A stretch of 64,000 bases of DNA from an uncultured bacterium (GTDB lineage Bacteria > Acidobacteriota > Aminicenantia > Aminicenantales > Saccharicenantaceae), in NCBI GenBank assembly GCA_937920515.1, contig CALEUG010000001.1:12070-76069 (forward strand). The letters are read 5' to 3'. Shown here piece after piece: positions 41,943-51,605 of this stretch. The notes under the pieces were generated by a model. The model worked only from the letters and a program-made list of their open reading frames with translations, made no database searches and was not told the origin of the DNA. A program made the translations under genes and the position numbers. Within the stretch, counting starts at the first letter, position 1; each line of letters opens with the position of its first letter.

Positions 41943-44900
41943 TCAGAACTCATAGCTGAAATTCAGGCGGATCTTTCTCGAAGGATAGGTGATACCGGAA
42001 ACCCGGCCAATCTGAGGTTCATGAGGACCGCCGTAGCCGGCATTAACCACTGCATGCTCGTTGAACAGGTTCAGGATGTCAACCGCCAGCCTGATGTAGC
42101 CGGCCCTTTTCAGGCTGAAAGCCTTGTCGAACCTCAGGTCAACCACTTTTTCGTGGGGCAGGTACCAGGGCTTGGTCGGGTCGATGGAGACGATGTAATT
42201 GTCGCCGGTGTTGACCACCAGCCCGGCCGGATAGCCCCACTGGGTGATGACCGGATAGGTTTCCAGCGGCCACAGCGGTCGGCCGGAGTTGTACCTGAAG
42301 CGCAAACCGATGTCCATCTCCACCACCGGGATGCGATAGGACCCTGACAGCTTGAACTCGAACTTCTGGGTATGGGGCAGCGGGCCCTTCATGTTGTTGA
42401 TGGTCTGGTTCAGCCCGGCCAGGAAGGTGGTGTCCATGACCATGGGGCCTTCAAAGTTGAAGTCCTGGCGGACCGACCTCATGGCCATGCCGTCTGACCA
42501 GGAGAACAGGGCTGAAGCCAGCATCTGCCAGCGGTCGGAGAAGCGCTTGTTCAGCATGAACTGCAGGCCCTGGTACAGGCGGCGCGGCTTGATGCCGTCC
42601 ACTTCGGGCATGTTCTGGACCATGTAGTCCAGGTGTGAGCCTATCCAGCCGACATCGGCCCCATTGATCACTCCATCCCCGTTGTAATCCTTGAGCACCA
42701 CGCTGTAGAGCGAAACCGTTTCTCCATAATACGTGGTGTAGGACTTGCGTTCGTATTCAAAGGGCTCCTGGGTGACTTCATTTAGCGGCCAGTTGACGAA
42801 GATGTTGCCCGTTCTTTTCCAGATATAAGTGGCGCTCAGCGACAGGTCCTTGACGAGTTCCCTTTCCAGATTCAGGGTAATCTGGTCGGTGTGCTGGTCC
42901 CTGGTGCCATCCTTGACCTTTAACTGCCAGGAGTAATCGATGGTCTGGTACTCATCCCACCAGCCCGGGCGGGAACCAGGGTCAACGTAAGTATCGCCAT
43001 ACAGATACCTGGCAGCGTTGGTGACTTCATCCGGGTCCACGTAGTTATTGCCGTTGAGGTCCACCAGGTCGAACGGGATGTTGTAGAAAATGTAATGGAT
43101 GTTGGCAATTGGCATATCAGGGCCAAACCTTCTCAGGTACTCGACGCTGAGCGGCAGGTAGTAACGCCCGTAGCTTACCCTGAAGATAGTTTTCATATCC
43201 CTGGTCAGGGCATAGGTCAGGCCGATACGAGGCGAGAACAGCTTGAAGTCAAAGATATTGCCCGTGCCTTCCCTGTCCCTGAGAACCTTAAGACCGGTGT
43301 TAATCTCTTCAGGCCTGTTGACATACTCATAAACTTTGCCCTTGCCGTACCTGGTGGTCATCCGGTCGAAGCGCAGGCCGAGGTTAATAGTTAACCTCTT
43401 GGCGGGCGTCCACTGGTCATCGAAGAAAATGCCCATCTGGTCGGCCGTCCTGACGGTCAGAAAGGGGTTGAGCCAGGTCTGGCGGTTGTAGAAAACCAGT
43501 CCGGTAGCTCCATACCAGTTGCGCAGGTAATTGATGTTCTGAGTCCAGGGAGCGGGATAGGCGAAGTTGGCATAGTTCTGGAAGTAGCCACCCAGCCAGT
43601 TACCGCGACCCATCGTGTACTGGACACCAAACTTGATATCGTGCTCGCCCAGGAAGTTTTCGGCGTAGTAAGAAACATCAGCCTGGATGGTATTACGGCT
43701 GGATTTCTGGGCTTCGACGTAGGGAAAGGCTCCGTTAATCCCGTAGACATTCCATTTCCACCAGTTGATGTAGCCCGGATGGTCAGGAGCATCTTCCGGG
43801 ATGAAAGGCTGGTCATCTCTCCAGAAGCCTAAGTACTTCAGGGTAAAAATGGTCTTGCCGGTGGCCATGTACTGCCACTGGGCGGAGACGCTGTGGGTGG
43901 AGCTGTTCTGGCCGTAGGTCATGGTTTCATCCCAGTGCGGGTTCCAGGTCCAGCCATCTCCCTTGTTGCGCTCGTAGTGGTAGGAAATCCAGGCCCGGTG
44001 ATTGGTCCAGGGCTCGGTGGTCAGCTTGATATCTCCAAAGCGACCCCAGTACCTGTTGGGCACCGGCCAGAACGGAGTCTTGGACTCGGCCCTGATGTAA
44101 TCGAGGCCACCGTAGAACCAGACCTTATCTTTCTTTATCGGGCCGCCCACGGTGAAATTAAACTCGTATTCCTTGGTGTTCTTGTTGAGGATGTCATCAC
44201 CCGGGCCGATGTACAGCCTCTCCCCGAACGGCCCGAAGGCACCCATATCCACCGCCTGGCCTGGACTGGCCGGCTTGGGCTGGTTGTCGGCAATCCATTT
44301 CTTCGGGGCCCCGTTGACCATGAAATTGCCGTGGAACTCGTTGCTTCCGGACTTGGTCAGGACGTCAATGGCCACGCCGGAGTAGCTGCCGTACTCGGCC
44401 CTGGAGCCAAGGGCGATTACCCTGACTTCCTCCACGGCGTTGTAATTGACATTGACCAGTGAGCCGTAGGCCGATGATCTGGGGTTGGTGGTATTAACGC
44501 CGTTGATTAAGAAGACGTTTTCGTTGGAAGAACCGCCATAGGCGTTGGGGCTGGGCAGCCAGCTCCCGTCCTTACCCTGGGCTACCATGCCCGGGGTGCT
44601 CAGAGCCAGATCGTAGAAGGCATCACGGGTGGTCGGCAGCTTGGCCAGCAACTCGCTGCCGATGCTGGTGGCCACAGTGGAAGTCTTGGCATCGACCACC
44701 GGCCCGGCCGCGGTTACCGTTACCATCTCCTCCAGCTTGCCGATTTCCATCCGGACATCGACCACCAGAGATGAACCGGCCGTAACCACGATGTTTTCCT
44801 GTTTGCTGGTCTTGAATCCGGGCAGGGAAGCGGTCAGCGTGTATCTGCCCGGCGGCACATTCATGAAAACATAGCCGCCCCGGGCAGAGGTGGTTGTAGC

Positions 44901-45089
44901 TCTCTTCCCGCCCATCAGAGCTGGTCCGGTAATTTCCACGGTCACCCCGGGCAGAGGAGCTCCTTCTTCATCAACCACTACGCCGGTGATCTTGCCGTAT
45001 TCAATGGTCTGCGAGACAGCCAGCGGTGCCAGAAGCAACAGGATCAGGCTCAGTGAGAAAAGCTTTTCCCTCATTGACATTTTTTTCAT
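41943..45089 (-). CDS. Oar-type TonB-dependent receptor with an N-terminal carboxypeptidase-regulatory-like domain
   Basis: G.ITG.VVD..GAPLPGVTV domain, plug motif AEYG...G......TKSGSNEFHG, LTINLGLRFD strand and C-terminal Phe (NFSYEF). Confidence 0.93.
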   Translation of the reverse strand: MKKMSMREKLFSLSLILLLLAPLAVSQTIEYGKITGVVVDEEGAPLPGVTVEITGPALMGGKRATTTSARGGYVFMNVPPGRYTLTASLPGFKTSKQENIVVTAGSSLVVDVRMEIGKLEEMVTVTAAGPVVDAKTSTVATSIGSELLAKLPTTRDAFYDLALSTPGMVAQGKDGSWLPSPNAYGGSSNENVFLINGVNTTNPRSSAYGSLVNVNYNAVEEVRVIALGSRAEYGSYSGVAIDVLTKSGSNEFHGNFMVNGAPKKWIADNQPKPASPGQAVDMGAFGPFGERLYIGPGDDILNKNTKEYEFNFTVGGPIKKDKVWFYGGLDYIRAESKTPFWPVPNRYWGRFGDIKLTTEPWTNHRAWISYHYERNKGDGWTWNPHWDETMTYGQNSSTHSVSAQWQYMATGKTIFTLKYLGFWRDDQPFIPEDAPDHPGYINWWKWNVYGINGAFPYVEAQKSSRNTIQADVSYYAENFLGEHDIKFGVQYTMGRGNWLGGYFQNYANFAYPAPWTQNINYLRNWYGATGLVFYNRQTWLNPFLTVRTADQMGIFFDDQWTPAKRLTINLGLRFDRMTTRYGKGKVYEYVNRPEEINTGLKVLRDREGTGNIFDFKLFSPRIGLTYALTRDMKTIFRVSYGRYYLPLSVEYLRRFGPDMPIANIHYIFYNIPFDLVDLNGNNYVDPDEVTNAARYLYGDTYVDPGSRPGWWDEYQTIDYSWQLKVKDGTRDQHTDQITLNLERELVKDLSLSATYIWKRTGNIFVNWPLNEVTQEPFEYERKSYTTYYGETVSLYSVVLKDYNGDGVINGADVGWIGSHLDYMVQNMPEVDGIKPRRLYQGLQFMLNKRFSDRWQMLASALFSWSDGMAMRSVRQDFNFEGPMVMDTTFLAGLNQTINNMKGPLPHTQKFEFKLSGSYRIPVVEMDIGLRFRYNSGRPLWPLETYPVITQWGYPAGLVVNTGDNYIVSIDPTKPWYLPHEKVVDLRFDKAFSLKRAGYIRLAVDILNLFNEHAVVNAGYGGPHEPQIGRVSGITYPSRKIRLNFSYEF

Positions 45090-45339
45090 TTGACCCTCCT
45101 TTTTCCTTTAACCGACTCTTCCGCCTGAAAAGACGCAGGCAGGAAGAAACCTTCAGACACTTTTGTTTTTAAAAACGGCCTTAATTCCCACCTCCTTTCC
45201 TGCAAAATCAGGTTAAACATATTCTACATCTTAACCATGCCGTCCTGTCAAGACATCCTTGACTCATCTGTCAGCCGCCACACCCTCTCCTCCAGGCCAC
45301 AGTCAACCGGACCCATATATACTCCTCCGCATTGAAAGC

Positions 45340-46311
45340 TTATTTTTTAATCTGGACTTTCAGGGTGGCGATAAAACTGTCCAGGAACTTAATCTTTTCT
45401 TCGTTCCGGGCCAGGGCCCGGGCCTTCTCCAGGTATTCAACTGCCTTCGTCAGGTCGCCCTTGTTTATGTAACACCTGGCAATCATCTCCAGGGTGTCCA
45501 GGTCGTCGGACCTGGTGCTCAGAGCCTGCTCAAAGTAGCTCAGGGCTTCATCCACTTTATCCATTTCAAAAAGGGTCAGTCCCAGATTGTAAAGGTTGAC
45601 CGCGTTGGCCGGGTCCAGCTCGACCGATTTTCTGTAGTTTTCGAGGGCTTTATCCATGTTCTTCAGGCTCTGGTAGCAGAAGCCGAGCTGCTGGTAGGCC
45701 GGGGCAAATTCCGGGGTCAGCTCGGTTACCCTGGTCAACTCCGGAATGGCCTCTTCGTAACGGTGCAAACGACCGAGGGTAACACCCAGGAGGTAATGAA
45801 TGTTGGGATCGTCGGGATACCTGGCCGCCAGCTCCTGCAGCCTGGACAGGGCCGTTTCCAGGTCATTGCGGTTTATCATTTCCATGACCTCGGCCACCGC
45901 CTGCTTCAGTTCTTTCAGCGTGGTCAGCATTTTCAATTTTTCGGTGGAAGCCAGGATGATGGTCTCCATCTCCACCTTCTGCATTCTCTCCTGCGGCTGG
46001 GAAAAATCCCACTCGAAAGTCCTGGTCTCGTAGCCGTCCTTTTTAACCGTCACCTGGTACCGACCGTGGGGCAGACCCGACAGAACGTATTTCCCGCTCT
46101 TATCTGTCTTCACCCGGTAATTCCGGCTGGTGTTGAGGTCCTGGAGAAATATATCCACGCCCGCAAGGGGGTTGGATTCGGTATCAACCACTATTCCAAA
46201 AAGATGATATTCGCGGTACTGGCTGAAGCCAGAAGAACACAGCAGAAAAACCAGGATTGCCAGAAAAGAGAGCCTCCAGGCTCGATCCGGTAAAGATTTG
46301 CCTTTTTTCAT
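45340..46311 (-). CDS. Secreted carboxypeptidase-regulatory-like domain + TPR protein
   Basis: G.VVD...NPLAGV..TDKSGKY....LP.GRY.VTV.K.GY domain followed by TPR repeats. Confidence 0.85.
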   Translation of the reverse strand: MKKGKSLPDRAWRLSFLAILVFLLCSSGFSQYREYHLFGIVVDTESNPLAGVDIFLQDLNTSRNYRVKTDKSGKYVLSGLPHGRYQVTVKKDGYETRTFEWDFSQPQERMQKVEMETIILASTEKLKMLTTLKELKQAVAEVMEMINRNDLETALSRLQELAARYPDDPNIHYLLGVTLGRLHRYEEAIPELTRVTELTPEFAPAYQQLGFCYQSLKNMDKALENYRKSVELDPANAVNLYNLGLTLFEMDKVDEALSYFEQALSTRSDDLDTLEMIARCYINKGDLTKAVEYLEKARALARNEEKIKFLDSFIATLKVQIKK

Positions 46312-48701
46312 CTTTTTGACTCCTCTCCCTGACTCTTGTATTGGTTGGCCCGGGTCAGGGCTTCCTGGACTCTTTGGGGTTGGCCCAGCCGGTTGTAAAC
46401 GTCGGCCAGGAGAAAATACCCCAGTGCTTTGAGTTCGGATGTCCTGGCCCGGCTTAAGCCGGCCTTAACCAGCTCCAGGATTTCAGCCGGGTTATCGTTG
46501 CGGAGAAGTTTTCCCCGGGCCAGGAAAAGATAGCCCTCCGCCTCGGCCGGAGCCACTTTCATCACCTTCTCCATGTTCTCAAGATAACCATTGAAGTCGC
46601 CCTGCCTGAGCAAAAGTTTCCCCAGGTTGAAGCGGGCCCGGAAGTGGTCGGGATAATACTCGATCTCCCTGGAATAAGCTTCACAGGCCTCTTCAATTCT
46701 TCCCTGCTCTTCATACAATAAACCAAGATGAAAATAAGTCAAAGGAAATTTTGGGTAATCCTGCAGCACCTGGCGCAGCAATTGTTCGGCCCGCGAATAT
46801 TCCTTGAGCCCGATCAGGCAAACGGCCAGGTTAAGCACGTTGCGGGTCATCTTGGGCTGGATTTCAACCGCTTTCTCCAGGTAGGGCCGGGCCTTATCAT
46901 GTTCCATCCTGGCCATGTAAACTTCCCCGATAAGAGTGTAGGCCTGGGTGTTGCGGTTATCTATGGACAGGGCTTTTTCAGAAAGGGCCACCACGTCATC
47001 GGCCCGGTCTTCCTCCAGCAGGATGTTGGCCAGGCCAATCAGGGCCTGAACTGAATTGGGGTCTTCTTTCAGTATTTCATCCAGGAGTGATTTAGCTTCT
47101 TCCCTGCGCCCGAGCTCGAGGTAACAGGTTGACAGCAGAAGGCGGGCCTGGGGAATCCCCGGTTCCAGCCCAAGGGCCTTTTCCAGGTTCCGGGCGGCCT
47201 GGCTGTACTGCTCGCGGTTGATGAGGTCTCCGGCCTGCTGGATAAGCTCATAGACTTCAAGCTTATCCTTCGGGTCAGCCAGCTCCCGGGCCGGCCTGGT
47301 TTTCATCCTGACCGAAGCCCCGATATAGCCCAGGGCCGCCAGCCTTTCCACTGTTTCCGAATCCAGATTGGCAGCCTGGGGCTCGGGTGCCCCCAGGCTT
47401 ATTTTCTCAACCAGGGTATCAAGTTCCCTTTTTAACCTCAGCCCGACTCCGGGATACCTGTTCTGAACATCGATTAGCTCTTTCGGGTCATTTCTCAGGT
47501 TGTAAAGTTCCGGACGCGGGGCATCTATGAACTTGAACTCGGGAGTCCTTAACCCCAGAAGAGGACTCCAGCCGTAATGAAGATTTGGACTCAGGGATTC
47601 ACTGTAGGCCGGGATTTCCCTTTCCTTTTTTCCAAACATCAACCCGAGAAGTGACCGGCCCTGGGTGACCGGAACCTTAAGGCCGGCCATCCCGGCCATG
47701 GTCGGCAACAGGTCGACGACGCTGACCTGAACCGACACCCTGGTCCCCTGAAGTTTTCGGTGAGGACTGACCACGATGAGCGGCACATGAACGGCATAGT
47801 CATAGATGAAATAACCGTGGGCCAGTTCACCGTGATCGCCCAGGCCCTCGCCGTGGTCACCCACCAGAATTATGATGGTCTTCCGGTCCAGTTCTCTGCT
47901 CTTCAGCCAGGAATACAGCCGGCCGATCTGTTCGTCCATAAAAGCTATCTCCCCGTCATAAAGGCTGACCGGCGGATAATACCTGTATTGTGAAAAATAG
48001 GGCTCCGGAGGCTCGTAGGGCAGGTGCGGGTCGTAGAGATGAACCCAGGCGAAGAAAGGCTGGCCGCGATTCTCTTCCAGCCACTTCAGGGCCGAATCCA
48101 CCACCTCGTTTCCCGGCCGCTGGACCGTGCCCAGATCCAGTTGCCTGTATTTCTTCAGGTTGAACTGGTCGTCATAATAATCAAACCCCTGCTTCAATCC
48201 CCAGCGGCCGTCCAGGACAAAGGCGGCAATAAAGGCCGCTGTTTTATAACCGGCCGCCGCAAAAATTTCAGCGGCCGTGGTCTGGTCATCAGAAAGGGCA
48301 TTATTGCCATTGACCCTTACCCCGTGATAGGGCGGATAATAGCCGGTCAGTATGGAGCAATGCGCCGGCAAAGTCAGGGGCGAGACGGTGGCGCATTGTT
48401 CAAAGACCACCCCGCGCTGGCCGAGCTCATTGAGATGCGGAGTCTGCACCCCGTTATATCCGTAAAGCGGCAGGTGATCGGCCCTGGTGGTATCCATGGT
48501 TATCAGCAGAACGCTGGGTTTTTCCACTCCCCGCGTTTTCCAGTAGCGCCCCAGCGAAGAAGACGGCTGAAGCCAGAACCTGAAGACCAGCCAGACACCG
48601 GCAATAAGAATGGCCGGGGTTAGCAAGATGACCCAGATAGAACGTCTTCCCCTGGCCGTTTGTTCGTGACTGGCCTTCTGAATCTTATCCTTCCTGCTCA
48701 T
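46308..48701 (-). CDS. Membrane-anchored sulfatase-like (alkaline phosphatase superfamily) hydrolase with TPR repeats
   Basis: ITMDTTRADH, TLPAH.SILTG, HLYDPH and GDHGE motifs; C-terminal TPR array. Confidence 0.88.
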   Translation of the reverse strand: MSRKDKIQKASHEQTARGRRSIWVILLTPAILIAGVWLVFRFWLQPSSSLGRYWKTRGVEKPSVLLITMDTTRADHLPLYGYNGVQTPHLNELGQRGVVFEQCATVSPLTLPAHCSILTGYYPPYHGVRVNGNNALSDDQTTAAEIFAAAGYKTAAFIAAFVLDGRWGLKQGFDYYDDQFNLKKYRQLDLGTVQRPGNEVVDSALKWLEENRGQPFFAWVHLYDPHLPYEPPEPYFSQYRYYPPVSLYDGEIAFMDEQIGRLYSWLKSRELDRKTIIILVGDHGEGLGDHGELAHGYFIYDYAVHVPLIVVSPHRKLQGTRVSVQVSVVDLLPTMAGMAGLKVPVTQGRSLLGLMFGKKEREIPAYSESLSPNLHYGWSPLLGLRTPEFKFIDAPRPELYNLRNDPKELIDVQNRYPGVGLRLKRELDTLVEKISLGAPEPQAANLDSETVERLAALGYIGASVRMKTRPARELADPKDKLEVYELIQQAGDLINREQYSQAARNLEKALGLEPGIPQARLLLSTCYLELGRREEAKSLLDEILKEDPNSVQALIGLANILLEEDRADDVVALSEKALSIDNRNTQAYTLIGEVYMARMEHDKARPYLEKAVEIQPKMTRNVLNLAVCLIGLKEYSRAEQLLRQVLQDYPKFPLTYFHLGLLYEEQGRIEEACEAYSREIEYYPDHFRARFNLGKLLLRQGDFNGYLENMEKVMKVAPAEAEGYLFLARGKLLRNDNPAEILELVKAGLSRARTSELKALGYFLLADVYNRLGQPQRVQEALTRANQYKSQGEESKR

Positions 48702-48984
48702 GCCTCACCCGCAGCTTATAACCTTCACTGAGAATATACACGCCCGAAAAGAGGTGGCTGATACCAGAAAGGGGTTAAGAACAAAGACCCGGTCTGTTTG
48801 CCAGCACTTAACTTTTCTGACCAAGCCAAAACCTCTTTTAGATTTCCCATCTGTCCTGAATTCCCTGCAGGCAGCTTACAGCCAGAAATTAACCTGGCGG
48901 GTCTGGCTCCAGTTCTGGCCATAGACCGATTGACCGGGCTGCCTGCGCCCTTGCGGTAACAGCGACCATACTCTTTTCCATCCA

Positions 48985-51603
48985 TTATTTTTCGGTCATG
49001 AGGAAGGCGCGGTAAACAGCCCAGACTGCTCCCGGCCTCATATACTTCATTGCCCGGAAAAGGTTTTGCCCGTATTTTTGAGCTGGGTTATTCCAGACCT
49101 GTTCTTCCGGGTTGAGATAGGCTTCTGGAGTCTTGAAAAAATAGCCCTGTCCTTCAGGGCTCCAGACCACCCGGTAAATCCCGTAGGCTGTCTGCCAGGC
49201 TTCTTTTTTCAAACCGTGGAGCAGGCAGTTGGCCGAAAAAGTGTAGGTTGTGCCAACCCAGACCTCGTCGCCCTGCTGGCTCAAAAGTTGCCGGCCTGAA
49301 GCCGTCCGGCCGTTGACCGCTCCCATCAGGCCGTCGCCAAAACCGGCCACGTTGTTCTGGAAAATGGTGGTCAGGGCTTTTTTCACCTTATCAGGGCTGA
49401 CTATCGGTTCCCTGTCTTCCAGGCCAAGCAGGCCGGCGTACCAGGCACCGAACAGCTGGTCGGTCATGATGTCATCAGTATAACTGTCGATATGAAAATA
49501 GCCTTTCTCCTCGTTCCAGAGCTTCAGAATCTCTTCCCGACCAGCTTTGAGCCAGTCGGCATATCTCTTCTGAACTTTATCCACGCTTAAACCCTCGACC
49601 TGGCTTATCCCCTGTTCCAGAAGCAGGTCACCGAGCTTTATGGTCGCTTTTAAGGACGCCAGCCACAGCAGGCCTACATAGGCGCTGGTGCCCTTCATCC
49701 GCCAGGTGTCATAGGTCTGGTCGGGAATGGCCTCGTTCTGTGGAATATGAGAGACCGGATGGCCGAACTTTTTCTTTAGGGTATCCAGGGCCAGGACCGA
49801 AGCCGAAAAAACTTCCCTAAGATAATCGGGGTCTTCACGCCCGGAAGCCAGGTAATCCCTGAGGGCCCGCAGCGGGAACTTGGGGTTGAGGTCCTTCCAG
49901 GCATTACCGTTCTGCCAGTCAAAGGCGTTGAGCACCACCCAGGGCCGAACCCGTGGTGAGCCCAGGTCGTGGGGAATCATCCCCGGCTCCTTGTTGATGT
50001 TCCAGTAATAGCCTTTCTTGTCTGGAGGGACCTCTCCCGGGAAGGTCTCATTATACTGATAGACCTTATAGGCCGGGTCCAGGAATCTTATGGTCCGGGC
50101 AAAATACCTGATATTACGCCATTCCAGCTCCGGCCAGAGTTCCAGCAATTGCCAGCAGTAGGAATCAACGTCAAAGGTTCCGTACATCAGATAATCGGCG
50201 CTCTCCAGATAGGTGAACAGGTCGGTGGAAGCCTCCCAGACCCCGGTTTCTGAAAGAATGTAGAGTTCGTTGAACAGGAGCTGTTTGAACCAGGGTGGAA
50301 GACGTTTCTGATTAAGAACCTGAGCCTGCCAGCTGTCAATGGCTTTTTCCCATTCGGAATACCTGTCGAGGGCCTCAAAGGCTATCTTCAGGGCCTGCTG
50401 GCCGTCATCGCCGAAAAATTCCGTGTATTTTTTGCGGTATTTAACGCCTCTTTCAAATTCGTAAAAGGGAAAATCCCAGCTGACAACAAACGGAAGCTCG
50501 ACCTTCTGTCCCGGTTTCAGTTTCAGGGACACGGACAGGGCCGAGGCGGTCCGACCGCTGCCTGCAGTCCTGGCGGATTTCTCCGAGGGCAGGCGGCCGC
50601 TGCTGGCAAAAGGCTCCATGACTTCAGAGCCATCGCCGGTCGGGTCAAAATCGACGAGGTGGGTGACCGCCGCTCCAGGGATTTCCAGGGTGGCAATTCC
50701 CATGGTTCCGCTGAGAGCATTGCCTGTCCTAAGGTCAAGTCCCTTCCGCTGGAAGAGAATCCCCTTCTTCTGGCCTTCGCTCCTGAACTCGCTGAAGTTG
50801 CCCTGGCTCTTTTTATCCCAGACAAACTGAGTCTGGGGTACCGTTCCGCCAGGCCAAACAGCTTCCCAGCCAACCATGTTCTCCCAGGTGAGCATCAGGG
50901 AGACTTCGACTTCAGCTCTGGAATGGTTATGAATTATCCATTTATAAACGGCCACCGGGTAACTGCTTTCTCTGTAGTTATGCGGAATGACCGGCGAGAA
51001 CTGGACTACGGCCAGATGGACCGGCCAGTCTTTTTTCTTTTCAAAAGAAAAACCACTCTTCGGATAAAGCGCAAAATAGTCTCCACTGCCCGGGGGCAGG
51101 CCATAGTTCCAGCTCTGCAACACTTTTTCGGGTTTATCGGCGGAGACCGTCTGGACAATTTTCTGGTTTCCCTTTTTTATGAAAACATGGAAAGCATCGG
51201 CCGGCAGCCAGTCGTCAACGAACCAGCCTGACTTTAAGAACCAGTAACGGAAATTGCCGCTGATGGTCCATTCGTAGCCGCCGGAACCCAGACCGCCCAC
51301 CGGGCAGGAGCTGCCTTCAGCATTATTATCAATGTTGCCGGCGGCCGAGGTCCTTCCAAACTTTTCCATTTTATAGCCAAAAGGCCTGGTAAAGGCGCAG
51401 TCCGGGAATCCGGCCAGGTTGGCCGGGGCCGGCTGAAACCTGAATTCAAAACCCGGAAGAACCTGTTTTCCCTTCTCCCCACCTGCCTGACCCGAAAAGA
51501 GGTTGCCTCTTCCGAGCAGAACCAGGACAGATAGAAAGGCCAGCAGGCAGAAAAAACGTGCTGCTTGAAACTTTAAAATACTTTGATTTCTCATTTCCCC
51601 CAC
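48985..51603 (-). CDS. GH116 glycoside hydrolase (GBA2-like), secreted
   Basis: PVGGLGSG, FSPVIPHNYRESSYPV, LFNELY, YLES..Y, PHDLGSP, WKDLNPKF, PDQTYDTW, F.TPEA and YMRP motifs. Start is GTG 51603 or ATG 51594. Confidence 0.92.
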   Translation of the reverse strand: MGEMRNQSILKFQAARFFCLLAFLSVLVLLGRGNLFSGQAGGEKGKQVLPGFEFRFQPAPANLAGFPDCAFTRPFGYKMEKFGRTSAAGNIDNNAEGSSCPVGGLGSGGYEWTISGNFRYWFLKSGWFVDDWLPADAFHVFIKKGNQKIVQTVSADKPEKVLQSWNYGLPPGSGDYFALYPKSGFSFEKKKDWPVHLAVVQFSPVIPHNYRESSYPVAVYKWIIHNHSRAEVEVSLMLTWENMVGWEAVWPGGTVPQTQFVWDKKSQGNFSEFRSEGQKKGILFQRKGLDLRTGNALSGTMGIATLEIPGAAVTHLVDFDPTGDGSEVMEPFASSGRLPSEKSARTAGSGRTASALSVSLKLKPGQKVELPFVVSWDFPFYEFERGVKYRKKYTEFFGDDGQQALKIAFEALDRYSEWEKAIDSWQAQVLNQKRLPPWFKQLLFNELYILSETGVWEASTDLFTYLESADYLMYGTFDVDSYCWQLLELWPELEWRNIRYFARTIRFLDPAYKVYQYNETFPGEVPPDKKGYYWNINKEPGMIPHDLGSPRVRPWVVLNAFDWQNGNAWKDLNPKFPLRALRDYLASGREDPDYLREVFSASVLALDTLKKKFGHPVSHIPQNEAIPDQTYDTWRMKGTSAYVGLLWLASLKATIKLGDLLLEQGISQVEGLSVDKVQKRYADWLKAGREEILKLWNEEKGYFHIDSYTDDIMTDQLFGAWYAGLLGLEDREPIVSPDKVKKALTTIFQNNVAGFGDGLMGAVNGRTASGRQLLSQQGDEVWVGTTYTFSANCLLHGLKKEAWQTAYGIYRVVWSPEGQGYFFKTPEAYLNPEEQVWNNPAQKYGQNLFRAMKYMRPGAVWAVYRAFLMTEK

Positions 51604-51605
51604 CT

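Noticed and set aside
45156-45200. Strong SD (AAAGGAGGTG) upstream of the TonB receptor suggesting a leader peptide
   Set aside because: It is followed only by a GTG/ATT-started frame of about 10-12 codons, which is too little evidence to call.
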